Source: Vicugna vicugna (lineage: Eukaryota). From it: a stretch of 64,000 nucleotides of DNA. The stretch covers positions 124,001 through 188,000 of the forward strand of contig MU058451.1 in NCBI GenBank assembly GCA_013265495.1. Reading direction: 5' to 3'. Under the pieces are notes generated by a model. It did not search any database. It was given only the letters and a program-made list of their open reading frames with translations, and had not been told where the DNA came from. Shown here piece by piece: positions 36,420-49,866 of the stretch. The translations under genes and the position numbers were made by a program. How positions within the stretch are numbered: the stretch's first letter is position 1; each line of letters opens with the position of its first letter.

Positions 36420-39400
36420 AACCCGAAGGCATTAAAATTTATTAAATGATGCAATAACAACAGAATTCTTTATTTACAATAGCATTATTTAACATCAAAT
36501 AAGCAAATAGCATCAGCAAAGCAATATTAACTTGCATAAATGTATTTAAAATTTCTCTGAATATATCTACCTTTGCATAAACTGCTCACACTAGAAATAC
36601 AAACATCAATGCAGCTGAACAAAGTGATGTCCGGAGTCAACTCCATTTTGAAAATAAATCACAACCTGAAACACTGTAAGCTTTCTCCTGAAGAACCATA
36701 GGTAATATATTGCTTAATTTTACCCTTGTATAATCTTTTCATATACACACATCTCAGATGCAACTTCATGAGGAACTGTACAAATAAAACCCACAAATGG
36801 CATAAGAAAAAAAAATGACAGTTAAATGTTTGAAGAAATGCCTCATCATCACTGTTCAACAACATAAAGGTTAAGTGATGATGCACTTATTCAAAAAATT
36901 GTACACAATTCACTATACAAATATAATACATCGGACAGCTATGTAGGAATATACAAGACTTAAAAACAGATCTAAGGCATTATGCTAGATTTTAGCATTT
37001 TGAGGTTCTTGCACATAGCTTTTACCTGTAGTAAGAAACTTAAAAGATTTTGTTTTAGTCTATAAAGAAACACCAGGGAGAAAATTCTAATGAAAATCGA
37101 AGCCGCTACAGTAATTTTCTTTTGTGCAGAGAATGCTTTGCTCCTAGGCAGCATACTACCATACAAATACTAGAAAATTTTAAATTCACACCAACAATTA
37201 ATGGCTTAAGTTGCATTTCAAAATTGATTGTGTATCTTTGGGTTCTGCAAGTGGGTCTGTGCCACTCATTTCATGTGTTAAGCCCATATGAACTCCATTT
37301 TTAAACACAGATTAAAAACCGCATTATATAAACTGCAAAAACATTGCTTTCAGTTGGTACAGGCCGTAAGAGATACACGTGGGAGGGGGCGTTTTGAATC
37401 TTCGAGTCAAACAAATTCATCGCAGGGAAAACAGCTCACGTCACTTTTTAAACTTACCACGTTACATGAACACTTAAATGAGTTTTACAACCAAGTTAAT
37501 GAATGTATACTTTTCACATTATGTGTTTTTCACATTTATTAATATAAGTAAAACTGATTATTTGTTCTGTTAAACAAAAACCAAGTACTCAGTCTAACAA
37601 GTTTATTGTGTTCAGTGTGAGAAATACTGATAATGAGCGGTCCATTTGGCTTTTGCTTCTACAGGGATCAGTATGGCCAGGAGTCCGTCACTGACTCTTA
37701 ATTGGATATAAAGCAAAATCCCTATTACCTACTCTGAGCCATAAGAGAACTGACAATCTCTCTTCCTTCAAAACAGTAATGACTATGAATTATTCTGAAT
37801 ACCAGTATCCCAGGTTTGCAGATTTGTCCAAATTGGGACTGACATGAAAACACAGTGGGCGGGTGGAGAAACAATAAAAAAGGTACACAGATATTTGGGG
37901 ACAGTGTGACAGTGAAAAGGGACTTAAAACTCAAAACAAACAAACAAATCCAGTTTAAACTCCCTTTCAATTTTGTGCTGTGTGACATTAAAGTCTTTCT
38001 AATTCACATGTTTCTAAAAACTTGAAACTGGTCACATTAAATGGCGTGGATCATCAGCCCATCGCACCAACGAGGATTGGAGTTCTGGGCCGACATCTGC
38101 TTGTTTCTTCCCATCACGGTTGGGCAACCCAATGGTCTCTGGTTGAGAAAAGTAGAGCCTTTCAAGGGGGACATGTGAACTGGTGGCCCCTGAGAAGTGC
38201 TGTTCCTTGGCCACTTCCCTGTAGCGAGACCCCCCTCAAGTGGAAAAAAGTATCGAAATGCAAATTTCCAGAAAATGTCTTTAGTGTGGAGCAACACTTT
38301 CAGACTGTCTCCTTCCCGTTTATCTTTGGGCGCTGTCTCTTTCTATCCTTCCACAGTCTGGACACACAGAGAGAGAGAAATACAAACAGGGCTAGTCGGT
38401 ATGGTTTCCACCCTGCCACAAAATCATCAAAGTTCAAGGAAAAACCTCTCTGTTCCTAAAAAGCCTGGCTAATGAGATATAAAAAGCTTTGCTTTTTGGA
38501 CATCAAAAAGACATCACTCTGAAATTTAGGTAAGAAAGTATGTGTATCAGGAGTTGGGGAGACATAGCTCAAAAAAGGTCACCAGTTTCTTGGTATTCCA
38601 GCTGTCTGAAACTGATGCCAATTAAGAAAAGATTATTCCCCTACCAGAGTGGGCAAGAAAAACCACCGTAAAAGTGGCCTGCTTTTTAGTAACATGTAGT
38701 CTTCCTAAGGTTCATTAAGAAAGAATATAAACATATAAAAATCAAGAATCGGTTCCTACAGCGGCTGCATATCATATAGATTAATTAGATAAATGATTTA
38801 TGAGCAGAATCACAAGGTTTAGAAAATAAAAAGTCTTAAGTCTACAAATTAGGTCTAATCAAGGCATTGAGATCCTTTACAAAACACCTTTAGGAGACGT
38901 TGCTATGAAGATATCTAATTTTAATACTGAAGTACCTCATTTTTGAGTCAATTCCACAATATGTATACCTCACAAAAATGATACAATTAAAACACTTAAG
39001 TTCTCAACTTAAATTATTGCTTGTTTACATATAAATTGGATTTTATGTACCTTACAAAACTTCGGCTTAGTCAGCACTGCTAAAAAACAAAATAAAAAAC
39101 ACATGGTGGAGGTTAAATCTGTCGTGATATCTGCTGTCAATTTGAAGCACACTATTATCTCCTCCCGTTTTGTAGGCCAGTGTTGCTGGGGAATCGAATA
39201 ACATGCCTCCAAAGCAGGTGTCCCCGGTGTGCTGGGTATCAAGTCCTAACTCTGCTCCTCTCCTTGCCAGTAAATACATTTTTCTGAAATTTAATAGTGA
39301 GCAATTGGTAAGGGGCTGGCAAAACATGTCAGGAAATAATGGGATTACCTGGTTTCTTTTGCTTTTATTTAAAAAAAAAGAATGAAAGCGGGGAGAACTG

Positions 39401-40254
39401 GGGAAGGGCAGAGGTGGGATCAGATGGAAGAGGAGGGGCTGATTCGAGCTGTCTGATCAATCTAAAGGGAACTGAATTTGGAAATGAAAAGTATCTCTTC
39501 TCGATTCATGATTTGGGTGAGCTCACTTGGTTTGAACAAAAGAAAAAAAAAAGGCGGGGGAAAGTACTTGTTTATATTAACAGCCCTCCCACAGGCTCCT
39601 TTTCATCTGTTCAGTAACTGGAAGCTCTTTCCAACAGGGTCTCGAGAGCCTTCACAAAGATACATCTATGGTCTTTGCGTGGCGCTGTCTCTGTACCCAC
39701 AGCGCGGTCTGTGCGTCTGCCCCGCTTTCATCCCAAAGGCAGGCTTAGCTTAAAACACTTTTTGTTTGATTTTTTTTTTTAATTTGTTTCCTTCCCCCAG
39801 ATGGAATTTTAATCTTTTGTACTGGACTGGTTAGCCAGGGGAAACAAAGCAAGAAACCAGTATCTGGAACAAGACAGGAATAGAACAAGAGCGTGGGTGT
39901 TTTCCTTAAACACATACATTTAGATACATTCAATCTGACACGGGTATGGAGTTTGCCTGTCAACATGTACTTGGCAGGAGAGATCTAAGTTGCACTAAGG
40001 TGAATGCAGTGAACAGACGGAGCGACTGTCCGGGCGTGGGCTGCAGGCCGTCAGCACACAAGGCCGCTCCTCCCGCAGCAGCTGGGGGTCCACCCTGCGG
40101 CCAGGGCCCAGGCCGTTGGCCCCTCTCGCTCTGGCAGGACTGGATGGCAGGTCGGTTGGGTCAAAACAAATAGACGCAGCTCTCCAGACTGGTAAGCGTT
40201 TTGAGCACGTGAGCCCAATCAGCTGAAGAAAGAGGCAACCAGCTCCCTTCCGTG
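36420..40254 (-). other. NCOA2: NCOA2 3' UTR (about 3.8 kb; 3' end approximate)
   Basis: Follows the stop codon; no recognisable repeats; AU-rich; ends at paired AATAAA signals. Confidence 0.8.
36438..36474 (-). terminator. tandem AATAAA polyadenylation signals of NCOA2
   Basis: TTTATT on + at 36438-36443 and 36469-36474, followed on the minus strand by GU/U-rich sequence. Confidence 0.7.
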
Positions 40255-40266
40255 TCAGCAGTATTT
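40255..40266 (-). CDS. NCOA2: NCOA2 last exon coding part (KYC-stop)
   Basis: tttgtttcctgcag|AAA TAC TGC TGA; matches the NCOA2 C-terminus RKYC. Confidence 0.93.
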   Translation of the reverse strand, partial: KYC

Positions 40267-43200
40267 CTGCAGGAAACAAAGAGGAAGTGGTGTAGTGTCT
40301 CCGAACTTTTGGTAAAACCATCATAAAGCCCATCACAAAAACAGTAGAACACATGGCCGTTTTAAGTAACGCCAGTCACAGAGCTGCATCCCGATGAAGT
40401 ACACTTGATTTTGATGCAGATGAGCAGATGGCACTGCTCCTAACTGAACACAGAGAACGTGCCCAAGGCCAGGAGATCCTGCGCGCTACTCTGAAGGCCC
40501 CAGACTGCAACGGCTCACAGATCAACCCTTCGGAGTGACTGCCACTCCTGTACTGGTGATCACGTAACAGAGATTACCACAACACCCAAGATACCCAGTT
40601 GCTGAATTGCCTTTGCTCTTTGACAGCATCCAATCCAGAAGCGGTCACTGTTTTCCCAGTCCTTCCTCAAAATCATCCAGTGCAAACCCACTTCCCTGTA
40701 AAACGTCCCCTCCCGACGCTCCCTCACTGCCACACTCCCATGTACCGTGGGGTGTGTGCTCGCTGGCTTCAGCAAGCGGAGAAGCCCGGGGTTCTGACTT
40801 TAGGGTACTACTGCCAGCTTCTGACTGCTGATGCCAACGATCTGAATGACCACACAAGCGAGAGTCACGGGGAGGTGCTTCCTCGGTTGGTGTAGGTAGA
40901 TCTGCCCATGCTTTTCTCTGGCTATTGGCTATCCCCTCCTCAAGAGTCATTCACTGAGCAAATATTAATAATCAATATTAACTCTGTGCCGGATGCTGGG
41001 AATAGAAACTGTACTAAGATATTTCCAGTCACTGCTATCAAAACGGTCCTGAACAGGCCAGGCAGACAAGTAACTCTGTGATCTGAGTTATGCGAGGAAA
41101 AGTACTGGTTGCTGCAGGAACATAATACGATTGCACCTGGGATTTAGATATTCAGACACAGAATTCTAGCGAATCAGGGCCATTAGAGATTTTCTAGTTT
41201 AAGGAAGATGAGAGAGGAAGTAAGCCCCAAGTAATCCATTTCACCAAAGCGCCCTGAGAGAGGATCTGGGGAAACCTGCCAGATCACAGTTAGTGGTCCC
41301 AGGTGGAATCACAGTCCTGGTCAGGTGCACAGCTCTCCCAAGCTTAAGAAACCTGATTACATTTCCTCCTAGAGAAGAAAACTTAATGTGCTTTCCCCTG
41401 TAACGTAAAGTTGAGTAATGTATTTGTTCCTAGTTTGTCGTCCCTTATATGATTTTATATGGAAACACCCCACAGCTCTGGTTGAAATATAAAAAAAGCT
41501 CCTCAGTTTTCCAGTTAGTCTGGAAAAAAACCTATTGAGATGCAGAAATGTCTGTGGAAACTCCAAGGCAGTATTCTTCCTGTGACTGACATCCACACAC
41601 ACTGGCAGCCAGTCACTTAATCTTTCTGTAGCTGACACCTTAGGGCTGTTGCGGGCATTAAACAAAACCACTCAAGTAGTTCCGGGGGCAGAATAAGCGC
41701 TCAGTAAATGTCACTGTCGTCATCATCATCAACTCAAAGCCGATTCTACTTAGCGTTCAATTTCTAAGACGCTGGTAAATAGAAGTAATTACAACTATAC
41801 TTTATACAAGAGCCATGTGGCTGAGCAGTAAACTCAATTTTCATATATTTAAATATATTTAAAGCACAAAGGCTACTAAGTCCTTGTAAAAGGAAGAAAC
41901 TTCAGGTTAAGTAAAATATCTACCCTTCTCTAGTTTTTAGTAAATCCCTGGTTGTATATTCTAGCTCTGCTTAAAGCAAGATACAATTTTAATCTCCATT
42001 TCAAGATAAATGGAACACAGATTCAATTAGTAATGGATCACAGTGGTTTTTAGTTCAAAGAGAACCTGATTGCCAATAAAAATTCTGAAAAGAGTTCCTT
42101 GATTCACAGCAGCAGAGTACATGGCAGAGACACAGAAGACGAAGACGATGGAACCCCTCTCTGTGCACACGTCAGTGGGACGGTGACAGATGCAGAGTGA
42201 TTTCCAGTTATTACCCATGGATTCGAAGGGATACACCATACAGATCATTCTCTGAAGGAACGAGTGTCTGAGACGGACTTTCTCTAGCCTTAACATTCAG
42301 CATGAGTAAGTACAGAAGAGCCAGATGCAGGCGGGGGACTAGAAAAAACAGGGAGAGGTATAAATGGCCCGGGCTAGGGGTAACAGAATTCTCACCACAG
42401 ATCCCGAAAGGCACTTTGGATGGAGAAAACACTCTATATGCTACTGCAAGTTGCTTTTTGTGATCCTAACGCTAATCTTTCCAGGTCAGGTTCCCAGGCA
42501 CCCGTCAGCACTTGGGTATGTGTGCAGTGAACACCGGGTTCTGCCGACCCACCTTGCCCACATCTCTGCCCCTGCCCTGTGCCGATCAGTCCAGCCAACT
42601 TGGAAGGTCTGTGCCCCTCTGTGGTGCTGCTCAGGGCAGCCCCCCTTCTCGCCTCCAGCATATTCCGCCACGATTAGCTGTTTGACCTGGGGTGAGTCAC
42701 AGGTTCGGTCTCTCATCTAAAAATGTAGGGGAGGCCTAAATGCTTAGGTCCCTGGTGCATCAGAGTATGAAAGGTGGTGCCCTGTCCTAACTTGTGAGGG
42801 TTCCTCCGTGCTGAGATGGGGCACCCGTGCCTGAGGGAGGACTCTACTCAACAGGGAGCTCGGGCGTCACTGCCTGTCCCAGAGGATACACGAGTGTCTC
42901 TTTTCTTCCCTTTATGATCTATACGGAGAGATCATAAGACACCAGAGAAGGCAGTCACTTGTTCCTTTGTGGCCTTTTCCAGTGTTACCTGCATAAAACC
43001 CTTTGAAAAAGTCTCCCGAGAGCCCTGGGCTCCCGTCGGGGATGTGGGCAGCAGTGTGCTGGGGGCACTAAGAGTGCACATTCAGGACTCGTCCTGCCTG
43101 GATTTCCTTCCTGGGGCGGCGGGACCTTGGGCAAGTCATTAAACCCTCAAAAACAGTGGTCCTAGGATGCGGCTGGGGTGTGGTTTAAATGAGGTCCTCC

Positions 43201-43288
43201 ACATACAGCTCTTGGCAAAGAATCAGGCCTGTGGTTCATGCTCAACACAGGCTGGTTGTTTCTGTAACTGTTTAAAAGGCAGATGAAG

Positions 43289-43450
43289 TGGGGAGGGTAT
43301 TGCTCAAGTGATAGAGCACGTGCTTAGCATGCACAAGGTCCTGGGTTCAAACTCCAATGCCCCATCTAAAAATAAATAATAAAATTGAATCACCTCCCAC
43401 CTGCCAAAAATAACAGTAATAAAATAATACAATAAATAATTAAAAAATAA
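43289..43450 (+). mobile_element. tRNA-derived SINE (Vic-1-like)
   Basis: gggagggtattgctcaagtgatagagcacgtgcttagcatgcacaaggtcctgggttcaa plus A-rich tail. Confidence 0.85.
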
Positions 43451-44231
43451 ATGGTCAGTCAGGAAAAAATAAATAAAAGGCAGGCGATGGGCCACCTGTG
43501 TTACTTTACTTCCCTTCTTGGAGGTAAGTGGCAGCAGAAGAAAGGACACAAGGTGAGTTACTTTCTGGGGCTCTGAGGAGACAGGAGTGAAGGCTGGGCT
43601 GCTGGCCTGGCCCGGGCAGTGCTTCCGAGGGCCTCTCCCGCCAGGCGCTTCCCCAGAGCTCCGGCCAGCACACGGGCATCCGAAGTGGGAAATGTGAGCT
43701 TGGCCCCCTAAATCCATTTTTTGCCCCCACAGAGACACTCAGAGGTTAGGTGCCCAGCACTTTTGGGTTAAAATGAGCCGTCCCCCGTGGGAGCCCATAA
43801 ACCACATCGTTCCTCTGGGAAGTGCACCCCAGGTTTCCAGCCTCTGCTCTGTGCACACGAGCCATCACTGAGTCTGGTGGCCGCTGCCCGTGTGGGTGCC
43901 ATGGAGGGGCGGACAGGACTGGCGGTGGGGAAGATGCTGGTCCTCAAGGGGGCTTCAGACCTCAATCGATGGCACATTTGGAGTCTAAACACATGGTCAG
44001 TATAAAATGTATGCCATTTTCAGTTAGGCTCACTGGATCAGTACGTTAACCGTGCAGATGAAGTGCTCACTCTGTCTTCACGTACAGGAGACATCCACAG
44101 GACCCCACCCACAGCCACGCGAGTCTGTGCTGCTTCAAACAAGGCAAACCACGCTGAGAAAAATCCACACACTATGTGGTAAAAATCTGGATCCAAACTT
44201 TTTTTTTTTCACTGGAAACCATTGCTCAGTA

Positions 44232-44322
44232 TTTTTTTCTTTTTTTTTAACTTTTTTATTGATTTATAATCATTTTACAATGTTGTGTCAAATTCCAGTG
44301 TTCAGCACAATTTTTCAGTCAT
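44232..44322 (-). mobile_element. short young LINE-1 3' end
   Basis: Near-exact reverse complement of the element at 63603-63690. Confidence 0.7.
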
Positions 44323-45128
44323 TATGCTATTACTTTTTAAACATGAATGCTAATACAAACAAAATGACCCACGATCCACTTTTTTTTTTGGTAGGAAATT
44401 CAACATCGACCCTACATTTTCTCCATCGAGAGAGAACTTTTACTTTAGAAGAGCTGTCTACTGCTAGGGATTATACCCCTGCCTTAAGAGGGCACCACAG
44501 CCCCCTCCACCCGGGAGCCAAGTTGCTCAGAGCCTTCTCTGTAACAGGTCTGCTGCCAGGCTCACAGCTTAGCTGGGTTCTAGGTACTGACTATTCTATT
44601 GTTTCAAGGTTTGGTTGAACATAGTATCAGTCTTCTTAGAACAAGTGTTTAAGGTAATAAGCAAATAATGTTTACAAGATTCTTGCCTAAATAAAATGAA
44701 ATACAGAAAAACTCTTAGACAAAACTTAATTAAAGGAGAGAGAGCAATTATAAGTTAGAGCCTCTTCATCCTACTGAAAATCAAACATGATTCAGAAAAT
44801 GCAAAAATAAACCAAAGTGTGACCTAACATGATTAATTCTTTGCTACTTTCTTTTTGCTTTGCTCTAGAATAGTTTAATACCAGGGCAAAATTAGTGTTA
44901 ATTCCTACACCACCATCAGCTCAAGAGCTTATTAAAGAAATTATTATTCACAGAAAAACCACTGCATGCCAGATAAAATGAGAAAATACTAAAAAAAAAA
45001 AACTCAAGTATTTTGCAACTCTTTTCAATCTACAGGCTGACAACATATCGGCGCCAATTTTGGTCTATGAGACGTTCACATCCACTTTGCTACCATATTC
45101 TGGTATTTATGTCTCTGGTGTTTCTTAC

Positions 45129-45218
45129 CCGTGATGCGTCTCCCTCCTGCTTAATCATGTCCATCCCGGGCAGCTGGTTTGGGAAAAGGCTGCCTCCCCT
45201 CAGAGCAGGATCGTTAAC
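45129..45218 (-). CDS. NCOA2: NCOA2 exon 22, 90 nt
   Basis: cctcag| acceptor, |gtaaga donor; [30 protein letters not shown]. Confidence 0.97.
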
Positions 45219-45926
45219 CTGAGGGCGACAGGGCAGGACAGTGGCTTTATTAGGTGGGACACCTGGGAGCGTACTGGGAACCAACCAACCCCCTGACCAC
45301 CTCTGTTTTCAGTAGAATTATGGGGAAAAAGTACTGTGGGAAAATGGCTACATCCCTTATCTACTCTCCCATGTGCATATTTTGGAGGGAGAGGGGAGGA
45401 ACGTGAAAATACTTATAATACACTAGATGCCTTCAAAATGAAATCTGATTTGCATTCTGTACAGAAATTCAACAGAGATGATGTTAGAAACATTCTTACG
45501 CCTTAACATGTTCACCTTTTTGAGTGCAAATTAGACTAATGACTCCAGATACCTGTTACTTTAGGTAAGTTACTGATTAGCAAGAGCAGGTGTGAATACC
45601 CAAAACCAGGCAGGATCTTGTGAATCTTCTCCAAGTGAACTATTCATTAATATTTGGATATTTCTTTTACAAATGACACTTTCCCTACTAGCAAATCGGA
45701 AACTACCAGTGGCCCATTTTTGTGGGAAATTCAATGTCCATACTGTATTCTCTCCACTGAAAAGATGAAGGTCTGTGTCTTCAGTTTTTGTTTAATTTAA
45801 ACAAGTATTTAGCCACCGTCAATTCAACAAGAGAAGTACAAATTATTACACACATGCACAGACTCCTTAAATTGCAAAGGGCTTTAAATTTCCTCATGTG
45901 TCACTGCGCATTTAAAAAAATTATTC

Positions 45927-46042
45927 TTTTTGGAGGTAATTAAGTTTATTTAATTAATTTATTTAACAGAGGTACTGGGGATAGAACCCAGGACCCCGTG
46001 CATGCTAAGCCTATACTCTTCCACTGAGCTATACTCTCCCCC
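45927..46042 (-). mobile_element. tRNA-derived SINE (Vic-1-like)
   Basis: ggtactggggatagaacccaggaccccgtgcatgctaagc...ccactgagctatactctcccc. Confidence 0.85.
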
Positions 46043-47087
46043 TGACTATGCATTTTTCTCAATCATCTTTTTATAGAATAAAACACTGAGGCATTGCAAA
46101 ATTTAGTAAATTTTCACGCAAATTGTGGTTTACCAACATCAGGATTAAATAGACCTCATTAAACTTTCACTCTTTTGCCATTATCACCATCACGACCTAA
46201 CAGAAATTTACGGTGCTGTCAATGACTTACTGGTTAAGTTGTTTAAACTTTCCAAGCCTCAATTTCTCTAAATTTGAAATACGATTCACAGCCTCTGCCA
46301 GGTCAGTACTTTGCATGAACTACTGAGGAAGCAGAATGCCAAGCATTTTGTGCCCTTTAAAAATAAGATCTTTAATACAGTTAAAAAAAAAAAATTAACC
46401 AGTATCTGCACCTCTGCATCAGCCCATCACAATTTCTGAATTCTAGGCTGAGCTATCAAGTGTTTTGAGTCTCTCTGCCACCCCCAGTGAAGCTGGCATG
46501 TACTTACAGATGGCAGAATCATTCAATATTATTCAACACAAAACACAATTATTAAAAAAAAAAAAAAGGACTGGGGAAAAAAAAACCCATAGCATCCACA
46601 ATCCAAAGTTAATAAAGAATGGTTCTGGGATATTGTGTCAGTCTCCCTGCACAGGTAAACCATCACCTTTAATAAAGCTAATTGGATGGCAGGTAGTTTG
46701 GCCTTTGCTTTTCATCTGGTCTTACGTTTAAAAAAAAAGTTCTTACACAAAAAATCCAAAATAAAACTTTTTAAAAAAGCACATTTCACTATCCCATTTT
46801 TGAGTCATCTTAGATACTGCTAAAACCCTCAAGTGAGAGAAAAATTTAAATGACAAAATTAAATATTTAGAAGTTTTTTGAGCAGTCAGGGATCCTTTCA
46901 TGTTTATTTCATCATTGACAAGTATTTCTGTTAATCACACCAACACAAGTAAGGTGAAAAAACACTCTTCAAAATAAATGTGGGAGTTGATGGCAGATGT
47001 TAAACACACGGAAAGATCCATTCCATGCAGAAATAGACAAAAAGTTACAATCGGAAGACCAAGGACAGCTTCTGCTTGGGGGCTCAC

Positions 47088-47286
47088 CTGCTCAGGACCC
47101 ATGGAGGACAGCCCCGACGTAGGCACGGAGGTCACTGAGGTCATGCTGATCTGCCCTGTCATCTGGTTCATGCTGCTCATGCCACCCGTGTTGGTCGCCA
47201 TGGACACGTTGATGTTCATGTTGTTATTGTACATGCTGGTGTTCGCTTGCTGTCCAAAGTGGGGAGGGGACTGTTGCGAAAACATG
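47088..47286 (-). CDS. NCOA2: NCOA2 exon 21, 199 nt
   Basis: tcccag| acceptor, |gtgagc donor; [66 protein letters not shown]. Confidence 0.97.
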
Positions 47287-47808
47287 CTGGGAGCACAGTG
47301 AAGATTAAAATGTTAGAGCCCCAGGGCCACCAGGCAGGCAGTGCTGAGCACCTGTTTCTCAGGCTGAAGGAACCCAGGGTGGGATGGGCGGTGGGTGGGG
47401 GGGGGAGGTGCTCAGTGAAGCTGTAGGGCCCTCACACCCTTCGCCTGCTCCTAACATCACCATGAAGGTCTGGAAGGATGTCTCCCACTTTCAAGTCTGC
47501 TTTTTGTTACACGTACTGATGGAGGGCAGCTCCTAGGCCCCCACCTCCCACAGCAGTTGCCGTCATAAACTGGTGGGGGTGCTACCTTCTTAAGGGAGAG
47601 CTCCTTTTACCCCCATGGAATAAAATATTGTGCCAAGGTTTTGTAAATTCTGGTAACTTCTGCCCTAGGAAAAGTAAACTGGCTTGCTCAGCAGTTTACT
47701 TGGTATTGCTCGCTTGAGCAAAGAGGGAAAATACAGAAGAGAGACAGGTGGTCTGTAGAGATTCCCTAGTGATCATTTCTACCAGAAAGACACAGAACAG
47801 CGGCGTAC

Positions 47809-47986
47809 CTGCTTCCACCCATGCTGCCCTGCGCCCACCCATTCATGTCCGAGGAGGCCTGGTAGGCCGGGTTAGCCTGGGACGGCTGCATCATGGGGCT
47901 CTGGGTGTGTGCCATTCTGGGCGACATCAGAGGGCTCTGGGGGGCTGTGGCCCCAGTGAAGCCTGGGTCAGGCTGCTGACTTATTC
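47809..47986 (-). CDS. NCOA2: NCOA2 exon 20, 178 nt
   Basis: ttttaag| acceptor, |gtacgc donor; [59 protein letters not shown]. Confidence 0.96.
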
Positions 47987-49628
47987 CTTAAAAGACAGAA
48001 CAGAAATCCAGGGGAGACTGTTAGCTTTACTGTAGAGACGGCGGGGAAAAAAGAACATTCAGATTAAATACACAAACAATTACTTTCAAGCACCTGATCA
48101 TGTGCTGGTAAATTACACACATACATGAAGAAGAAAAACTCCATATAGTGGGTTCTCTACAGTAATGAAAGGGGTGTCTAGGAACCTCAGTAACCACCAC
48201 GACTAGAGGTGGAGAGAGGAAACACTACTCTTTCCCCATATCCCTTTCTCAATCAAGAATGAGTCAAGTATGGACAGTTCTCTTTGACCTGAAAGTCAGT
48301 CTTTAAATGTTTATATGTCACTACAATAGGATTAAACTGGATTAAAGTTTCGCTATTATATAAAAAGCCAATGCATCTGAATAATTTTTTATTAAATTAA
48401 CTCAAGTTATTCTATGATGAGATCAGTGCATTTTAAAAAATAAGTAACTGTACTCATGATTAGCTTGCATCTTTACGAAGGGCTCTGTGGTACTTCAGCG
48501 CTATTCATGACTAGCAAGAACAAGAAAAAAAATTCAGTATAGGCTTCTTGTTCAGTTTAGAGGTACACACAGCATTTACACTAAAAGGGAAGAAAACTTT
48601 CAGCTGATTTTTCTGATCATCCAAAAGGAAAAAGAAAGGAGCTGGGAAACAAAGGAGGCAACATCTTAGACAATTTCAGGGATGACATGAAGGTAAGCAC
48701 ATTGTGGCCTAGAAGACGTGTAAACATGCATATTTAATTAGTACTTAAAGCAGCTGTAAAAGAAAAACTTAAGATCACACAGGAAAAAGCTGCACATTAT
48801 CCTTCTGTTTCCTTAAAGAAATAGGAGACGTGAAGTTAAGCACCACAAAGACTGGGTAGTTATTTATAGAGAACTCTGGTAGAAGGGGGGGAAAGTCACT
48901 CTGAGTATTAATGCTGATGTAAGGACTTCCTTTCATCAGTAATTCAACCATTAATTGAGTACGACATGCACACAAATATTCATGTTTATGACACCACACA
49001 CTTTGCACGCTCGTCTCTGAAGACTGACATTAGACAACAAATCAATACGATGGAAACTAAGAGGCCGCCCACTGCGGGTTTTGTGCACACTTCTCACGAT
49101 TATCAATTCATTAAAGACCTGGTATAATATCGCAAGTCTTCATTTTTCAAAAGTTGTACAGCGTCTGTAATACTTACAATGATGTAGCTTTCAACATTCT
49201 GTATGTATCTATTGATTTGTTTGAGTCAGACTCAAGAGGTTTTCAAATACAAATAAATGCACATGTACCTGTATTTACAGATACTGACAAACATATGCCT
49301 TTGCATGTGCACGGGCACACACACACACTCTCACACGCAGGAGTGGTAGATGCACTGTACGCATGCACACCTGCTTCGGTCATTCTTACAGTAAGACCCG
49401 CACTCAGAGAAAAGGTGGTACCTGAGCTGAGAGACTGGAAGGTACCGTGCTGGACCTGGGGGCTCCTGATGGGCCCCAACTGTCCTCCCAGGTTTCCTAG
49501 CATCCCCTGGTTAGCCAGGTTCATCTGGGAGCCATGCAAAGAGCTGTGAGAGAGGAGCTGTGACCCAGGACTGGGGGACACTGGGGAGAAAGGACTGGTG
49601 AAAGGTGGTGGGGGTGTAGGTCCAGTAC

Positions 49629-49866
49629 CGTAGTTCGGAGGGAATGGAAACTGCTGTGCATTTGCCTGGGGGATCCGGGCGTTGCTCAGAGTTGCTGGCA
49701 CACCACTAGGAGCCACCACGCTTGGCGTCATGTTCAACCCCTGTCCTCTCATCATCAAAGTTCGTTGCTGAACTTGCTGCTGCTGCTGATGCATTTGTCT
49801 CTGTCGAAGATGCTGGTTCAGGATTTCCCTCTGTCTTTGGGCCAGCATCTGGGCATTGATAGGTGC
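49629..49866 (-). CDS. NCOA2: NCOA2 exon 19 (Q-rich region), 238 nt
   Basis: ttccag| acceptor, G|gtactg donor; [49 protein letters not shown]...QQFPFPPNY. Confidence 0.97.
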
